DNA of 64,000 nt, taken from the NCBI RefSeq assembly GCF_009914755.1, contig NC_060926.1; one strand, written 5' to 3'. Positions 1 through 25,036 of the stretch are shown here, one piece after another. A model generated the notes under the pieces. The model made no database searches, had not been told where the DNA came from, and was given only the letters and a program-made list of their open reading frames with translations. A program made the position numbers and the translations under genes. The stretch comes from the human T2T-CHM13v2.0 reference genome, Homo sapiens. Within the stretch, counting starts at the first letter, position 1, and each line of letters begins with the position of its first letter.

Positions 1-274
1 ACTTGTGGTTAGGAGCTGGAGACCAGCCCGGCCAACACAGCGAAACCCCGTCTCCACCAAAAAAATACGAAAACCAGTCAGGCGTGGCGGTGCACGCCTG
101 CAATCGCAGGCACTCAGCAGGGTGAGGCAGGAGAATCAGGCAGGGAGGTTGCAGTGAGCTGGGATGGCAGCAGTACAGTCCAGCTTTGGCTTGGCATCAG
201 AGGGAGACCGTGGAAAGAGAGGGAGAGGGAGACCGTGGAGAGGGGAGAGAGGAGAGGGGAGAGGGGAGAGGGGT
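1..274 (-). mobile_element. SVA retrotransposon 5' end (hexamer region plus Alu-like domain); continues left of the window
   Basis: SVA-specific Alu-like text (cctgcaatcgcaggcactc, cagtacagtccagc, ggcatcagagggagaccgtgg) followed by (agaggg)n, which is (CCCTCT)n on the minus strand. Confidence 0.9.
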
Positions 275-302
275 GTCAGGCTGGTCTTGAACTCCCAATC
301 TC

Positions 303-3733
<3,431 letters not shown>

Positions 3734-3748
3734 TAACTTTTCAAGTAA

Positions 3749-4186
<438 letters not shown>

Positions 4187-4864
4187 TAAGAACTAGACCC
4201 TATCAATAATGGATTATGATACTACATGGTCAGATTAAACACTAACCTCTAAGACCTAATTCAGAAAATAGCTTGAGTACATGAGGACTGAGCATCTCAT
4301 GCTCCAATGTTTTTGTCACATGAAGTACTTTATTACTATGGGATCACACCACTCTCAGTGATTTACTATTTCAGCTAACCTATGATGGTAATATATATTG
4401 CCTTATTCAAAAATTTTCACACTTTTTTAGTTAAATTAAAAGAGGAACAACTAAAATTGCATGAATTAAAGTGGTTAGAGCAACAATCACATACAAGGTA
4501 CTTCATGTTTAGTTGTTATTCAAAATTTTAAGTGCATTAGTGTAGTAAAAAGACTAGGCAACATTGTTTTCTGGAATGCCATGGTTTATAAGACAAAAAA
4601 TGTGACCTTTTAATTGAAAACAGCTTCATAAATAACAGATATATCGTGTAAACCTTCTGAGTATCTGTTACTCTGAAGAATTACACCCATACTTGAATAA
4701 AATCTTGGTAAATCCAAGAAGCAACAAAGAAGCCTCAAAGTGAAAGTTCTTCAGAAAGCACAAAGAGATGATGAAGATTCATTGCTTATTGGCAAATACT
4801 CCAGTTAGTGAAAACACTATGATTGGCAGGCAATGATCATAAAAATCACAGCCAAAGATAAATG

Positions 4865-5065
4865 AGGCAGAAGAGCAAGGTGGTTAACAGCATGGTCATT
4901 GGCATAAGACAGACACATGTGTTCAAAGACCATGACTCAGATACTTATTTGCTTTGTGATTATATACAGGACAATCATATAACTTCTTTGAGATTCCATT
5001 CTCCTCTCTTTATACCCATAATATGGAAAAAATCATATCTATGTCACTGGCTGTTTGGGGAACTA
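4865..5065 (+). mobile_element. MIR (old SINE), degenerate
   Basis: gtggttaacagcatgg...ttcaaa...acttatttgctttgtga...aacttctttgag resembles the MIR core. Confidence 0.55.
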
Positions 5066-5598
5066 ATTACTTTCGTTCTCCAAAACTTAGTGATGAACTA
5101 AGAATAACTATATTTATTATTAAAGAAGAAAAGTTAAAATAAGAAAGAAGATGGCAGAGTAAAAACAGTGTGATGAAAGGTCATCAGTTTACAACAAAAA
5201 CAGATCGGCAGTGATATAGCTGATGGGGTGGACCCTGCAGGGACATGATAAACAACATGCAAACAGCCCAATAACCTCACAGATGCCCCTAAACTATGCA
5301 AAGGTATAACAATCAAAAGAATGCTCAAGTAGGCTGCATGCCTTATGAAAGAGCAAACCAAGATTCACTCACTTAAGTTGTTTCTGAAGTTACCACCATA
5401 GGTAGCACACAAAGGTACATAATTCACTTCAGTAACTGACTAGAAAAGACCATTTATAGTAACGTGTAAAACATAAGGAATGTTACAAAACCAGAAAATA
5501 GATGAGTGTATTTGAGGAGCCATCCTATGATCCTAGAGAATCAAAGCAAGCAACATAATAAAAATGCACAAACTCTACGGGAGTGGGGGCGGGGAACA

Positions 5599-6035
5599 GC
5601 TGGTTGCCATGGCTCACACCTGTAATCCCAGCACTTTGGGAGGCTGAGGTGGGAGGATTGCTTGAACCCAGGAGCTCGTGACCAGCCTGGGTGACATAGT
5701 AAGACCCCATCCGTACAAAAAGTTTTTAAAAATTACCTGAGCATGATGGCATGCAACTATGGTCCTCACTACTGACCTGAGGCTGAGGAGGGAAGACAGC
5801 TTTATAGCCCCAAAGGGTTGGATTTTATTTTGTAGGAACTAGACCCTATCAATAATGGATTATGATACTATATGGTCAGATTAAACACTAACCTCTAAGA
5901 TCTAATTCAGAAAATAGCTTGAGTACATGAGGACTGAGCATCTCAGCTCGAATGCCATGATCGCACCACTGCACTCCAGCCTGGGCGACACAGCAAGACC
6001 CTGCCTCAAAAACATAAAATAAAAATAAATAAAAA
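5599..6035 (+). mobile_element. AluJ interrupted by a ~140 bp locally copied insert
   Basis: Left arm and start of the right arm run to ~5800; Alu resumes at ~5953 (gccatgatcgcaccactgcactccagcc). Confidence 0.88.
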
Positions 6036-7789
6036 ATAATTAGAAAGAACATTTAAATGCATTTGAAAGAGACAAGTATAAAATAATTTGATTGAGTAGT
6101 ATAATAATCATATATTTAAGTTAGGTCCACAAAACTCAGAAAGATGATTGGTTAGTCTTCAGAATTGGGTCACAAACTAATACTTATTACACAAGAAATG
6201 CAACTTTGAGCATAGCCTTTGGGAAGCTAAGGCGACTCTATTAAAGATGACAGCAAGGATTTATGAGAAAATGAGTAGGAAGACAGAAAAGAGAAAAGTA
6301 GCAGATTCTTATGATAGTGTTATTTTAAAATATTAATATATTTCAAGTATCTGAATTCATAATTTTAAATAATTTTTGAAGCAATAACTATTTAGGAATC
6401 ATAATTGACTTCAAATCCAGTGGCTTCCACTCATAGTCTTTTTTTCTTCTTTTATTGCTCCAGGGTGAATGACTTATAATCATTGTGGCCAATATTTGTA
6501 CAGAGTGTCAGCTAGAAATTTTCTTTACATCATTTACACTTTTAGTTGATTCAAATCTAAGCTTTTAGTAGCTGATATCATTATCAGAACATGTTTAATT
6601 AATTCATTATGCCCACTGGTTGCTAAACTGTAATAAGGGAGATGAACTCTAATAGTAATAATATACTAAAGATCAAAAAGATAACACCTGCTCCTTTTGA
6701 AACTATAGCTTATGAACTTCAGAATGGAGCCTCGTGTGAATGCCTTGCTCCTACTTCCAACAGAAAGTTGCATGATGTCTCAGATAAACCAAAGAAAAGA
6801 CAGAGTTCCGGTGGTGCCTGGAATTTCAAAATAGGGTTTATATACAACAAATTTTAGATTTAAATTACTCAGAGGGTTAACAATTCTTTTTTCACAAACA
6901 CCCTTACTTTAGCAGGAGTAGGTGTTTCATATTGAACATGATATTTGAAAGCTGAGAACTCTTTTTCAGGAGACTTCCTTGTCATCCAAGGAAGAATATG
7001 TTTGGTATAGTTTCATATATTGTATTTACATTAGGCAGTTTCTATCATAGCAACAGGCTATTAAATATTTATATCAAGCAATTAGAATCTCATTTAAAAT
7101 AACAAATGTTCTTGAATATTACCAAAACAAAAATCTTTTCTTTGAAATTTTAACATAGAATGCAGATGAATTTTCTCCTTCCTTTAGATAATGATGGTCC
7201 CTTTATACTTACTATATAATTGTCCCATATAAATGTTCTGTAATTAATGGCACAAGGCAAGTAAAGCATACTTTCAAACATGGAAATATTTTCTTACATA
7301 CTTCATTCCTGCTTCCCTCATGCTCCCTTCTCACATACTGCCCTCCATACATAACATGTATTAAGTGCATATGACAGTAACATTCAGCTCTTTATCAGCT
7401 CTTCTAGGTGGATAGATTAAAGTTAATGTGATGATCTAGTGCTAAGGTCATTGAGTCACCCAATAAAGGTGAATTTTTCATGTTTATCAACATATTATTT
7501 AATAATAGCAAGGACAACTTTTTGCATATTATTTTTAAAAATGCTTATAAAAGGGCATTTTACTTTAAATTATTAATTCTTTAACCAATCTGTAATTAAT
7601 GTCTTAAACCAGATGACTGAACCCAAAGGTTTTAAAAAAGCAAACCACAGTGAATATGTAGCATGAAATTATAGTAAAATATCAGCATGCTAGTGATTAA
7701 ACGAAACCTAAATCAGAGCACTTTCCTACATCACTATAGTCATATTGAATAGTAACTATATAAAATGAGAAATTGTCTACATCATATGA

Positions 7790-8726
7790 ATACTATTAAT
7801 GACAAGCCTTTTTTTATTAAAATGGCAAGAATACAAATAGTTTATATCAGTAAAATACAGTAGCATTCAGGCTCTAATATGAACATTACATCAAAGCCTA
7901 TGGATAGATAAGGTAAGAGATTTAGGAAATTGGGGGAGGAAGGAAACATCACTTATCTTATTACTCCAGATTACAGACAGCTGCCACAGATAATAAAATA
8001 AAATCGCAATTAAGTTGATTGCAGTACTTGAAAGAAAACTTATTAAAAATAAAGATTTTTAATAAAATCTTACATTCTTGACAGATATACCATCACCTAC
8101 CTTTCTAAAAGCAGTAGTAGTAAACACAATTGTAGAATATGTATGTTACTTAGTCTTTGAGTGGTACAATACTATAGGTTTTAAAACCCTGACAACACTC
8201 CTACTTTCTGCTGCTTCAATATCAGATTATGGCATGGAATTCATGTAAGGTTGGTTCCAAAATGGAATATCAGATCCCAGACCAGTATCAGTAAGTTGTA
8301 CCCATTTTGGCACAGATTTTCCAGCCATGAAAACACAAATCACAAAGAAAAAAAATTAACCAACCAATTATTTGAGATACCAAGAAAGGAAAGGAAAGCA
8401 GTTTTGTAAAAACACTTTTCCCTGTTTTAATAAGCTTCTTTATTTACTCCAGATAGTGAACATAATAGTGTTCAATAGTGAAGTAAGCAGATTTTACACT
8501 CACTATCACTGCATGGATAGAAAGAGCCATATACATTTTTGTTTTTATAAGTCATCTCAGATCACTGCAACATGGCACATTAGAACAGAGATTCAGAGAC
8601 ACAAAGTTAATAAATACATTTAACATTGCCAAGCATTTAAAAGATAAATGCACTCATGTAGCAAAAAAAAAAAAATCAGTTTGTAACTTTGACCTTTCTC
8701 AGGGATGTGAAGAATCATTTCAGGTG
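7790..8726 (-). other. TSGA10: TSGA10 3'UTR (3' end approximate)
   Basis: Repeat-free AT-rich sequence after the stop, ending near an AATAAA. Confidence 0.7.
7813..7818 (-). terminator. Polyadenylation signal AATAAA (distal)
   Basis: tttatt on the + strand about 910 nt after the stop. A more proximal AATAAA lies at 8439-8444. Confidence 0.65.
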
Positions 8727-8751
8727 TCAGAAATCTCTGTAGCAAAGATTC
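8727..8751 (-). CDS. TSGA10: TSGA10 terminal coding segment (E)NLCYRDF-stop
   Basis: Acceptor ttttttctcttatag, then G AAT CTT TGC TAC AGA GAT TTC TGA. The phase matches the upstream donor and the sequence matches the TSGA10 C-terminus as I recall it. Confidence 0.92.
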
Positions 8752-8904
8752 CTATAAGAGAAAAAATCATGCTGATTAATATTTTTAATTCAACTTTTTC
8801 AACATGTGTAACAAATTTATTCTAGTAAGTGTATCACTTCAGCAAAACGTAAGATTTTTCTTCATTTCTATGAAGGAAAACAAAAAACAATATATTTTTT
8901 CACT

Positions 8905-9960
8905 CAGTTTTCACAAACTGGTACATTCATACCATGGAATACTATTCAACAATAAATAGGAATGAACTATTGATACTTACAGCAGCTTGGATGGATCTCA
9001 CGGGCATTATGCTGAATGAGAAAAGTTAATCTGAAAAGGTTATCTCAAAACGACAGAATTATAGAGATGGCGAAGAAAGTAGTGTTTCCCAGGAGACAGG
9101 GAGATGAAGAAGGTCAGGGCTACAACTATAAATAGGCATAATGAGGGAGTGAATTCTTTGGTGCTGATGGAACAACTTCACATCTTGATCATAGTTGTGC
9201 TGTGTGTGGATTGTAAAAAATATATATATACACATACAAACAAATGAGTGCATCTAAAAACTAGTGAAATCTGAATAAGGCCTTTAGACTAGTTAATCAC
9301 ACTGTGCTAATGTCAATATCCCAGTTTGTAAGATACTCCATTATAGAAGCTGGGGTAAGGATATGTGGGACTGTCTGTGGTATTTTTGCAACTACTTGTG
9401 AGACTATAATCATTCTATTTTTATTTTTTAATTACTATTTTTTGGAGACAGAGTCTCACTCTGTCACCCAGGCTGAAGTGCAGTGACATGATCTCAGCTT
9501 ACTGCAACCTCTGCCCCCAGGTTCAAGCAAATCTCATGCCTCAGCCGCCTGAGTAGCTGGGATTACAGACATGCGCCACCACGCCCAGCTAATGTTTGTA
9601 TTTTTAGTAGAGATGGGGTTTTGCCACGTTGGCCAGGCTGGTCTCAAACTCCTGGCCTCAAATGATCCTCCCACCTCAGCCTCCTAAAGTTCTGGGATTA
9701 TAGTCAGGAGCCACTGTGTATGGCCAAGACTATAATCATTAAAAAAAAGTACCTGTGGTACATCTATACTATGGAATACTACTCAGCAGTTAAAAGGAAT
9801 ATGTGACAACTACTAATACATGCAACAACCTGGATAAATCTGAAATATATTATGCTGGGTGAAAGTCAACCACTAGAGGCTGCATACTGTATGATTCCAT
9901 TTACATGACAACCTGGAAAAGGCAAAACTAGAGAGGCAGGAAACAGAGCAGTGGTTAGAG
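8905..9960 (+). mobile_element. Old L1M 3'-end fragments split by an Alu
   Basis: tggtacattcataccatggaatactattcaacaataaa and tgtatgattccatttacatga L1M 3' motifs. Confidence 0.7.
9418..9725 (-). mobile_element. AluS
   Basis: Antisense dimer with TSD agactataatcatt. Confidence 0.92.
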
Positions 9961-10289
9961 GAAAGTAAATTCAATGTGATGTCTGTTGTCTAGATAATAG
10001 GTGTCAGTCAAAGGACACCATTTGAAACTGAGAGTAAAAGATTAAGTGAGAAAAAAGGTGATTAAGGGCATTGTTAATCATATTAATAGAAAGGTAACAA
10101 CTAAAATAAAATAAACTCTTCATAAAAGCCAAAAGAAATTTGTTAAAAAGCAAAGAAGACTGATCAAATGAAGAAATACAACAAATATCACATAGTACAG
10201 AAAGTAATTATAACTATTGATGTGACATAACAGTCATATCAATAATGTAAAAGATTTTAACTCATCTATTTTATTTATACTGTTCTATT

Positions 10290-10585
10290 CTATTTTTGAG
10301 ACAGGGTCTCATTCTGTTGCCCAGGCTAGAATGCAGTGGCATGATTATGGCTTACTGAAGCCATGACCTTCCAGGCTCAGTTGATCCTCTCACCTCAGCC
10401 TACCAAGTAGCTAGAAATACAGGCACGTGCCACCATATCTGGCTAATTTTTTTTGTGTGTGTATTTTTTGTAGAGATGGGGTTTCACCATTGCCCAGGCT
10501 GGTCTGTAACTCCTAGGCTCAAGCGATCTGTCTGCCTCAGTCTCCCAAAGTGCTAGGATTACACGTGTGAGCAACCACGCCCAGT
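10290..10585 (-). mobile_element. AluJ
   Basis: Antisense dimer with J-type positions (ctcctaggctcaagcgatc). Confidence 0.85.
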
Positions 10586-10620
10586 GTAATTCACCTATTT
10601 TTTAAAAAGATTTTCAAAAT

Positions 10621-17836
<7,216 letters not shown>

Positions 17837-17859
17837 GAGTGTAAATTTCTCAAAAAAAT

Positions 17860-19480
17860 TCACAATGACTCATAAAGCAAAACTCAAATCCATACTGTAT
17901 ATAAGAGATAGATTTAAAATGCAGTTACTCAAAAAAGTTAAAAATATTTACCATGTAAATAGAAACAACAAGAAAATAGGAGTGGCAACACTAATACCAG
18001 ACAAAGTAGAGTTCAGCAAAAGAAAAAAATCTAAATGCATCAGAAAAGGACACTTTATAAAAGCCACATTCCATGATGAAGAATGACAGTTCAGAATATC
18101 AATGCAACAAATAAAACAGCAAACCACCTATATAAAGCAAAATTTAGAGGATATGGAAAAAGCAATTAAAACATACTAATAATAGGAGACTTTAGAACAC
18201 CACTCTTGATATAAAACAGGTCAGATGAACAAATATTAAACAGTGATATAAAAGATCTGCAAAAAATGAAAAAGTGGAGGTATTTACACCACAGAAATTG
18301 GCAAGTGCTACAGATCAGGGCCTCCCCCTCCTCTCTTTGGAAAGCCAGTTTACCAGCACACCACTGAGCTATCCCTACAGAATTAAAAATACCACATAGC
18401 CTCTATAATTAAATAGTGTGGGACTGCACATGAATAGGCAGATCAATGGAATAGAAATAGAAAGTCCAAAAAGAGATCTGAATGACTGGGACAAAGAGTC
18501 TTTTAAATCAATGATCTTGCAACTTGATAGTCAGTTGGAAAAAGATAAAATTAGATCCATTTCTCAAACCATACATAAAATAAACTCCAAATGAATCAGA
18601 TATCTAAATGCAAAAAGTAAAAATATACAAGTACTAAAAGAAAACATTCCTCTACTATCTGGGGAGAGAGAAAGATTTGCTAACTGTGAATAGAAATCCA
18701 GATGCATTAAAGGAAAAGCTTTAAAATCTGACTACACAAAAATAAAAACTTTATAGAGAAAAAGGCAATACAGTAAGATTAAAAGACAAATGACAAAAAA
18801 GTGAGAAAATATTTGTAGCATATATCACCAATAAAGAGATAATTTCTGAAATGTACTAAAAATTTTTTTAACAAAAAGATCTAAAGTCCATTAGAAAAAT
18901 AGACGAAGAAATGAATAGCTAATTCCCAAAAAGAGATATAATAATAGCCCTTAAACCTATGAAAAGATATTCAACTTCACTCACAATAAGAGAAATGCAA
19001 ATTAAAGCTACACTGAAATACCATTTCTCATCCACCACAGTGGCACAAATTCAAAAGCTTGACAGTGTGTTCTATTAGTGACGCTGTGGGGAAACAGTAC
19101 TTTCACACATTGCTGAAGGGACTGCAAAATGGAGGGGAATGTGGCACTGTCTAACAAAACTACATGTGTATTTACCCATTGACCCAGCAATCCCACTTCT
19201 AGGAATTTATTCTGAAGATACTGCAACATGAGAATACATATGTACAAGATTATTCATTACAGCCTTGTTTGTAATTGCAAATTATTGGAAACTACCTAAA
19301 TGTCCAAGTTTAGGAGGTGGGTTGCATAACTATGGTACATCCATACACTGGAGTAGTGTGCACCTGAAAAAAAGGACTAAGGAGAATCTCTATGAATCAA
19401 TATGGAGAGATTTCCAGGAGATAGTGTTAAGTGAGAAAAGCAAAGTGCAAAGAAGCATGCAACTTTTTGCATAAACAAAG
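17860..19480 (+). mobile_element. Old L1M ORF2 and 3' fragments
   Basis: Degenerate EN (KKIGVATLIPDK) and 3' motifs (ataagagaaatgcaaattaaa, gacccagcaatcccacttctagga). Confidence 0.7.
18273..18366 (+). mobile_element. MER63-type hAT fragment
   Basis: gtatttacaccacagaaattggcaa...tttaccagcacaccactg terminal motif. Confidence 0.6.
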
Positions 19481-19887
19481 AAAGATATGTATCTGTGTAT
19501 CATTAGCACAAAACCACAAAGAAAGGGGGTGGAGGCATGGCTGATGGGATGGAAGGCATAAAGAGAAAGTGACACTTCTCTTAGTATTATTTTTTGCAGA
19601 GTGTTGACCTTCAAAAGCATGCTAATCTACATATTCAAAAATAAAATTAAGTTGAGGAAAAAACTAGGAAGTGGAAATATGAAAAATGAAAGCAAATTGA
19701 AACAAATGAATCCAATGTTACTTACAATGAATACCATGACCAAAATAAAAGATGGAAAAAAATTAATCCAAATAAGTTACAAACTCAGTATTTAACTAAA
19801 TGCTCTCAAGACTTGGGCAAGGTAGCATACAGGCCTAAGAAGGAAGAACTGCAAACAGATTCTGAGCTTTTAAAAAGTTGGCCTGTT

Positions 19888-20201
<314 letters not shown>

Positions 20202-21675
20202 TTAGTAACTACATTGATATTGTTGAGTAAACATGTTAATGTTGAGCCAAGGTTCTCACTGTAGAAGAAAGAACATATATATAAGTAATGGAAGAAAGCA
20301 AGGATGAAACCTGTGGGCATGGTTTGGAGTTTTGTTTATATTTTTAAATGAGCCTCTGTGAGTGTGTGTGCAAGTGTGTGTGTCTGTGAAGAAACATGCA
20401 AGCATGTGAGCACATGAGCCACCACATGTGTATATAAGAAAACAAATGGGGTAAAATTTTTTAAATAGTGAGTATGGGTAAAGGGCATGTAGATGTTCTT
20501 TGTATTCTTATTTTTGTAACTTTTTGAAAGGTTGAAATTGTTTCCAAATAAAAAGTTTTTATGAAATTTGTGATACATAGAAATATATCTAAAATATTTT
20601 CCTCTAAAAAACAAGCTGATTACTTTCCTAGAACATATAAATTTTGTGGTGCTATAATAACCAATGTTTTGTAATTAAATGAAAGAAGTTAATGTAGAAA
20701 TAAAAAGGAAATCAAACTCTTAAAATACAATTTATGGGGCAGATGGAGTATGGCAGATAGGAGACAGGCCTAACGTGCAGCTCCCACATGGAAGGACAGA
20801 ACAGTGTTAGAGACTCATATTGTGATCTTTTGCTCCAAGATTCACTGTAGGAATATACCAGGAAAACCAAAAGAATTCACATATCCTTCGAAAGAAGTGG
20901 CATGCTGCTGCCAATTCCATGAAACAGGTGAAAAACTGTGAGTTCCCAAAGTGTGAGAGGGAAGAAAACCTACCTCCGAACACGTCCCCACTGGGGAATC
21001 TAAAAATCCACATCACGGGAGAAAAATTTAACCTTATCTAGAGATGAAAGAGATTTATGGAGTCACGTAAAGTATAAAAGTAGAAGTAGCAGCAGGAAGT
21101 GCCTTGCACACACTCCCAGTCTCCAGCTCAAGCCCAGGGAAGCCAGCAATGGCTTCTCACAGGTGTCCTTGGGAAGGCAGCCAGCAGAATTGGGGAGGGG
21201 TCACAGAGTGAAGGAAGCTCCCAACTGAAATTGGTAGTGGTTTTGACTGGGCACAAATTTTCTTGAGCAGAGTCCAGGGGACGAGTGGAAGCTGCTGCAG
21301 ATAGGAGCCAGGGCAAGAATAGCCAGACAGGGAAGGGCCAGGTTCAAATGCTGTGCTTGCTTTTTCAGTGGGGTAGCTCATGGCCTGGGGCAAAATCTGA
21401 GCAAGGCACTGCAGGAGCGAGGCTGGCCTTGCCAACTACATGGGAGCTGGGCAAGGCCTCTTGCTACTGGCTATTCCCCACTTCTCTGGCAAACTGTATG
21501 ATACAGCAGAGGTGGCCAAGATCCCCTCTATAACATAAGCCCATTGGCCTGAGAACCATACCCCCATCCCCCAAGGTGGCCGTGGCAAGCCCTGCCCAAG
21601 TAGAGTCTGAGCCCAGACCCACCTAACCCTGCCCCGACCTAAAGTGATGCATCACTTTCCTGTCACCTCTACTAG

Positions 21676-21972
<297 letters not shown>

Positions 21973-23874
21973 TAGAATTAGCCCAATCAGACAAAGACAA
22001 AAAAGAATTTTAAAAAATGAACAAATCCTCCAAGAAATTTGGGATTATGTTAAATGGCCAAACCTAAGAATAACTAGTGTTCCTGAGGAAGAAAAGAAAT
22101 CTAAAAGTTTAGAAAACTTATTTGAGGGAATAATTGAAGAAAGCCTCCCTGACCTTGCTGGACCTCCTCCCTGACCTTTAAATGTGCCTCTGCAAGTATG
22201 TGTGTGTGCAAGTGTGTGTGTGTCTGTGAAGAAACATGCAAGCATGTGAGCACATGAGCCACCACATGTGTATATAAGAAAACAAATGGGGTAAAATTTT
22301 TTAAATAATGAGTATGGGTAAAGGGTTTGGAGATCTAGACCTCCAAACACAAGAAGCTCAAAGAACACCTGGGAAATTCATTGCAAAAAGATCATCACCT
22401 AGGCACAAAGTCATCAGGATACCCAAAGTCAAGACAAAGGAAAGAATCTTAAGACCTGTGAGACAAAAGCATCAAGATAAACTATAAAGGAAAACCTATC
22501 ACATTAACACCAGATTTCTCAGCAGAAACCCTACAAGCCAGAAGGGATTGGGGTCCCATCTTTAGCCTTATGAAACAGCCAAGAATTTTGTATCCAGCAA
22601 AACTAAGCTACATAATGAAGGAAAGATAAAGTCATTTTCAGACATGCTGAGAGAATTTGCCACTACTAAACCAGCACTACAGGAACTGTTTAAAGGAGTT
22701 CTAAATCTTGAAACAAAACCTCAAAATACATCAAAATAGAAGCTCCTTATGACATAAATCTCACAGGGCCCATAAAACAATAACACAATGGGGGAAGAAA
22801 ACACCAAAACAAGGTATTAAGGCAACAACTAATGTGATGAACAGAACAATACCTAACATCTTAATACTAATGTTGAATGTAAAGAGCCTAAATAGTCCAC
22901 TTAAAAGATACGGAATGGCAGAATGGATAAAAATTCACTGACTAAGTATCTGCTATCTTCAAGAGACTCACCTAACACATAAGGACTCACATAAACTTAA
23001 GGTTAAAGGGTGGAAAAAGATATTCCACGCAAATGGAAAGTGAGCAAGAGTAGCTATTCTTATATCAGACAAAACAGACTTTAAAGCAACATCAGTAAAA
23101 AAAAGAAAAAGAGGGACATTATATAATGATAAAAGGAATAGTCCAAAAGGAAAATATTGCAATTCTAAATGTATATGCACCTAACACTGGAGCTCTCAAA
23201 TTTAGAAAACAATTACTATTAGACCCAGGAAATGAGATGCACAGCAACACAATAATAGTGGGAGACTTCAATACTCCACTGACAGCACTAGACAGGTCAT
23301 CAATACAGAAAGTCAAAGAAACAATGAACTTAAACTATACCCTAGAACAAACGGACTTAACAGGTATTTACAGAACATTCTACCCAACAACTGCAGAATA
23401 TAAATTCTTTTCTTCAGCACATGGAACAATCTCCAAGATTGAACATATGATAGGACACAATGCAAGTCTCAATAAATTTAAGAAAATCAGATTTATATAA
23501 AGTATCTTCTTTTTTAACTTATCTTTTGTAATTTTTTTGTCTCATTTTCATTGAGTTCTGCTCTGATCTTTGTTATTTCTTTTCTTCTGCTGGGTTTAGG
23601 TTTGGTTTGTTCTTGTTTCTCTAGTTCCTTCAGGTGTGACCTTAGAGTGTCTATTTGTGCTCTTTCAAACTTTCTGATGTAGGCACTAAATGCTATGAAC
23701 TTTTCTTAGTACTACTTTTGGTGTATCCCAGAGGTTTTGATAAGTTGTGTTTCACTATTACCTCTCAGTTCAAAGAAGTTTTTAATTTCCATCTTGATTT
23801 CACTGTTGACCCAAAGATCACTTAAGATCAGATGATGATGATGATGATGACAATAATAATAATAATTATTAATT

Positions 23875-24158
<284 letters not shown>

Positions 24159-24261
24159 TGAAGTATCTTCTTAAACCACAGTGGAATGCAACTGGAAATT
24201 ACCTCCAAAAGGAACCCTCAAAACTATAAAAATACATGGACATTAAATAATCTGCTCTTGA

Positions 24262-25036
<775 letters not shown>

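Noticed and set aside
6060-7790. Repeat-poor AT-rich region downstream of TSGA10 with a 71 aa ORF (6642..6857)
   Set aside because: No recognisable protein, RNA gene or structure; could be extended UTR but I cannot support that.
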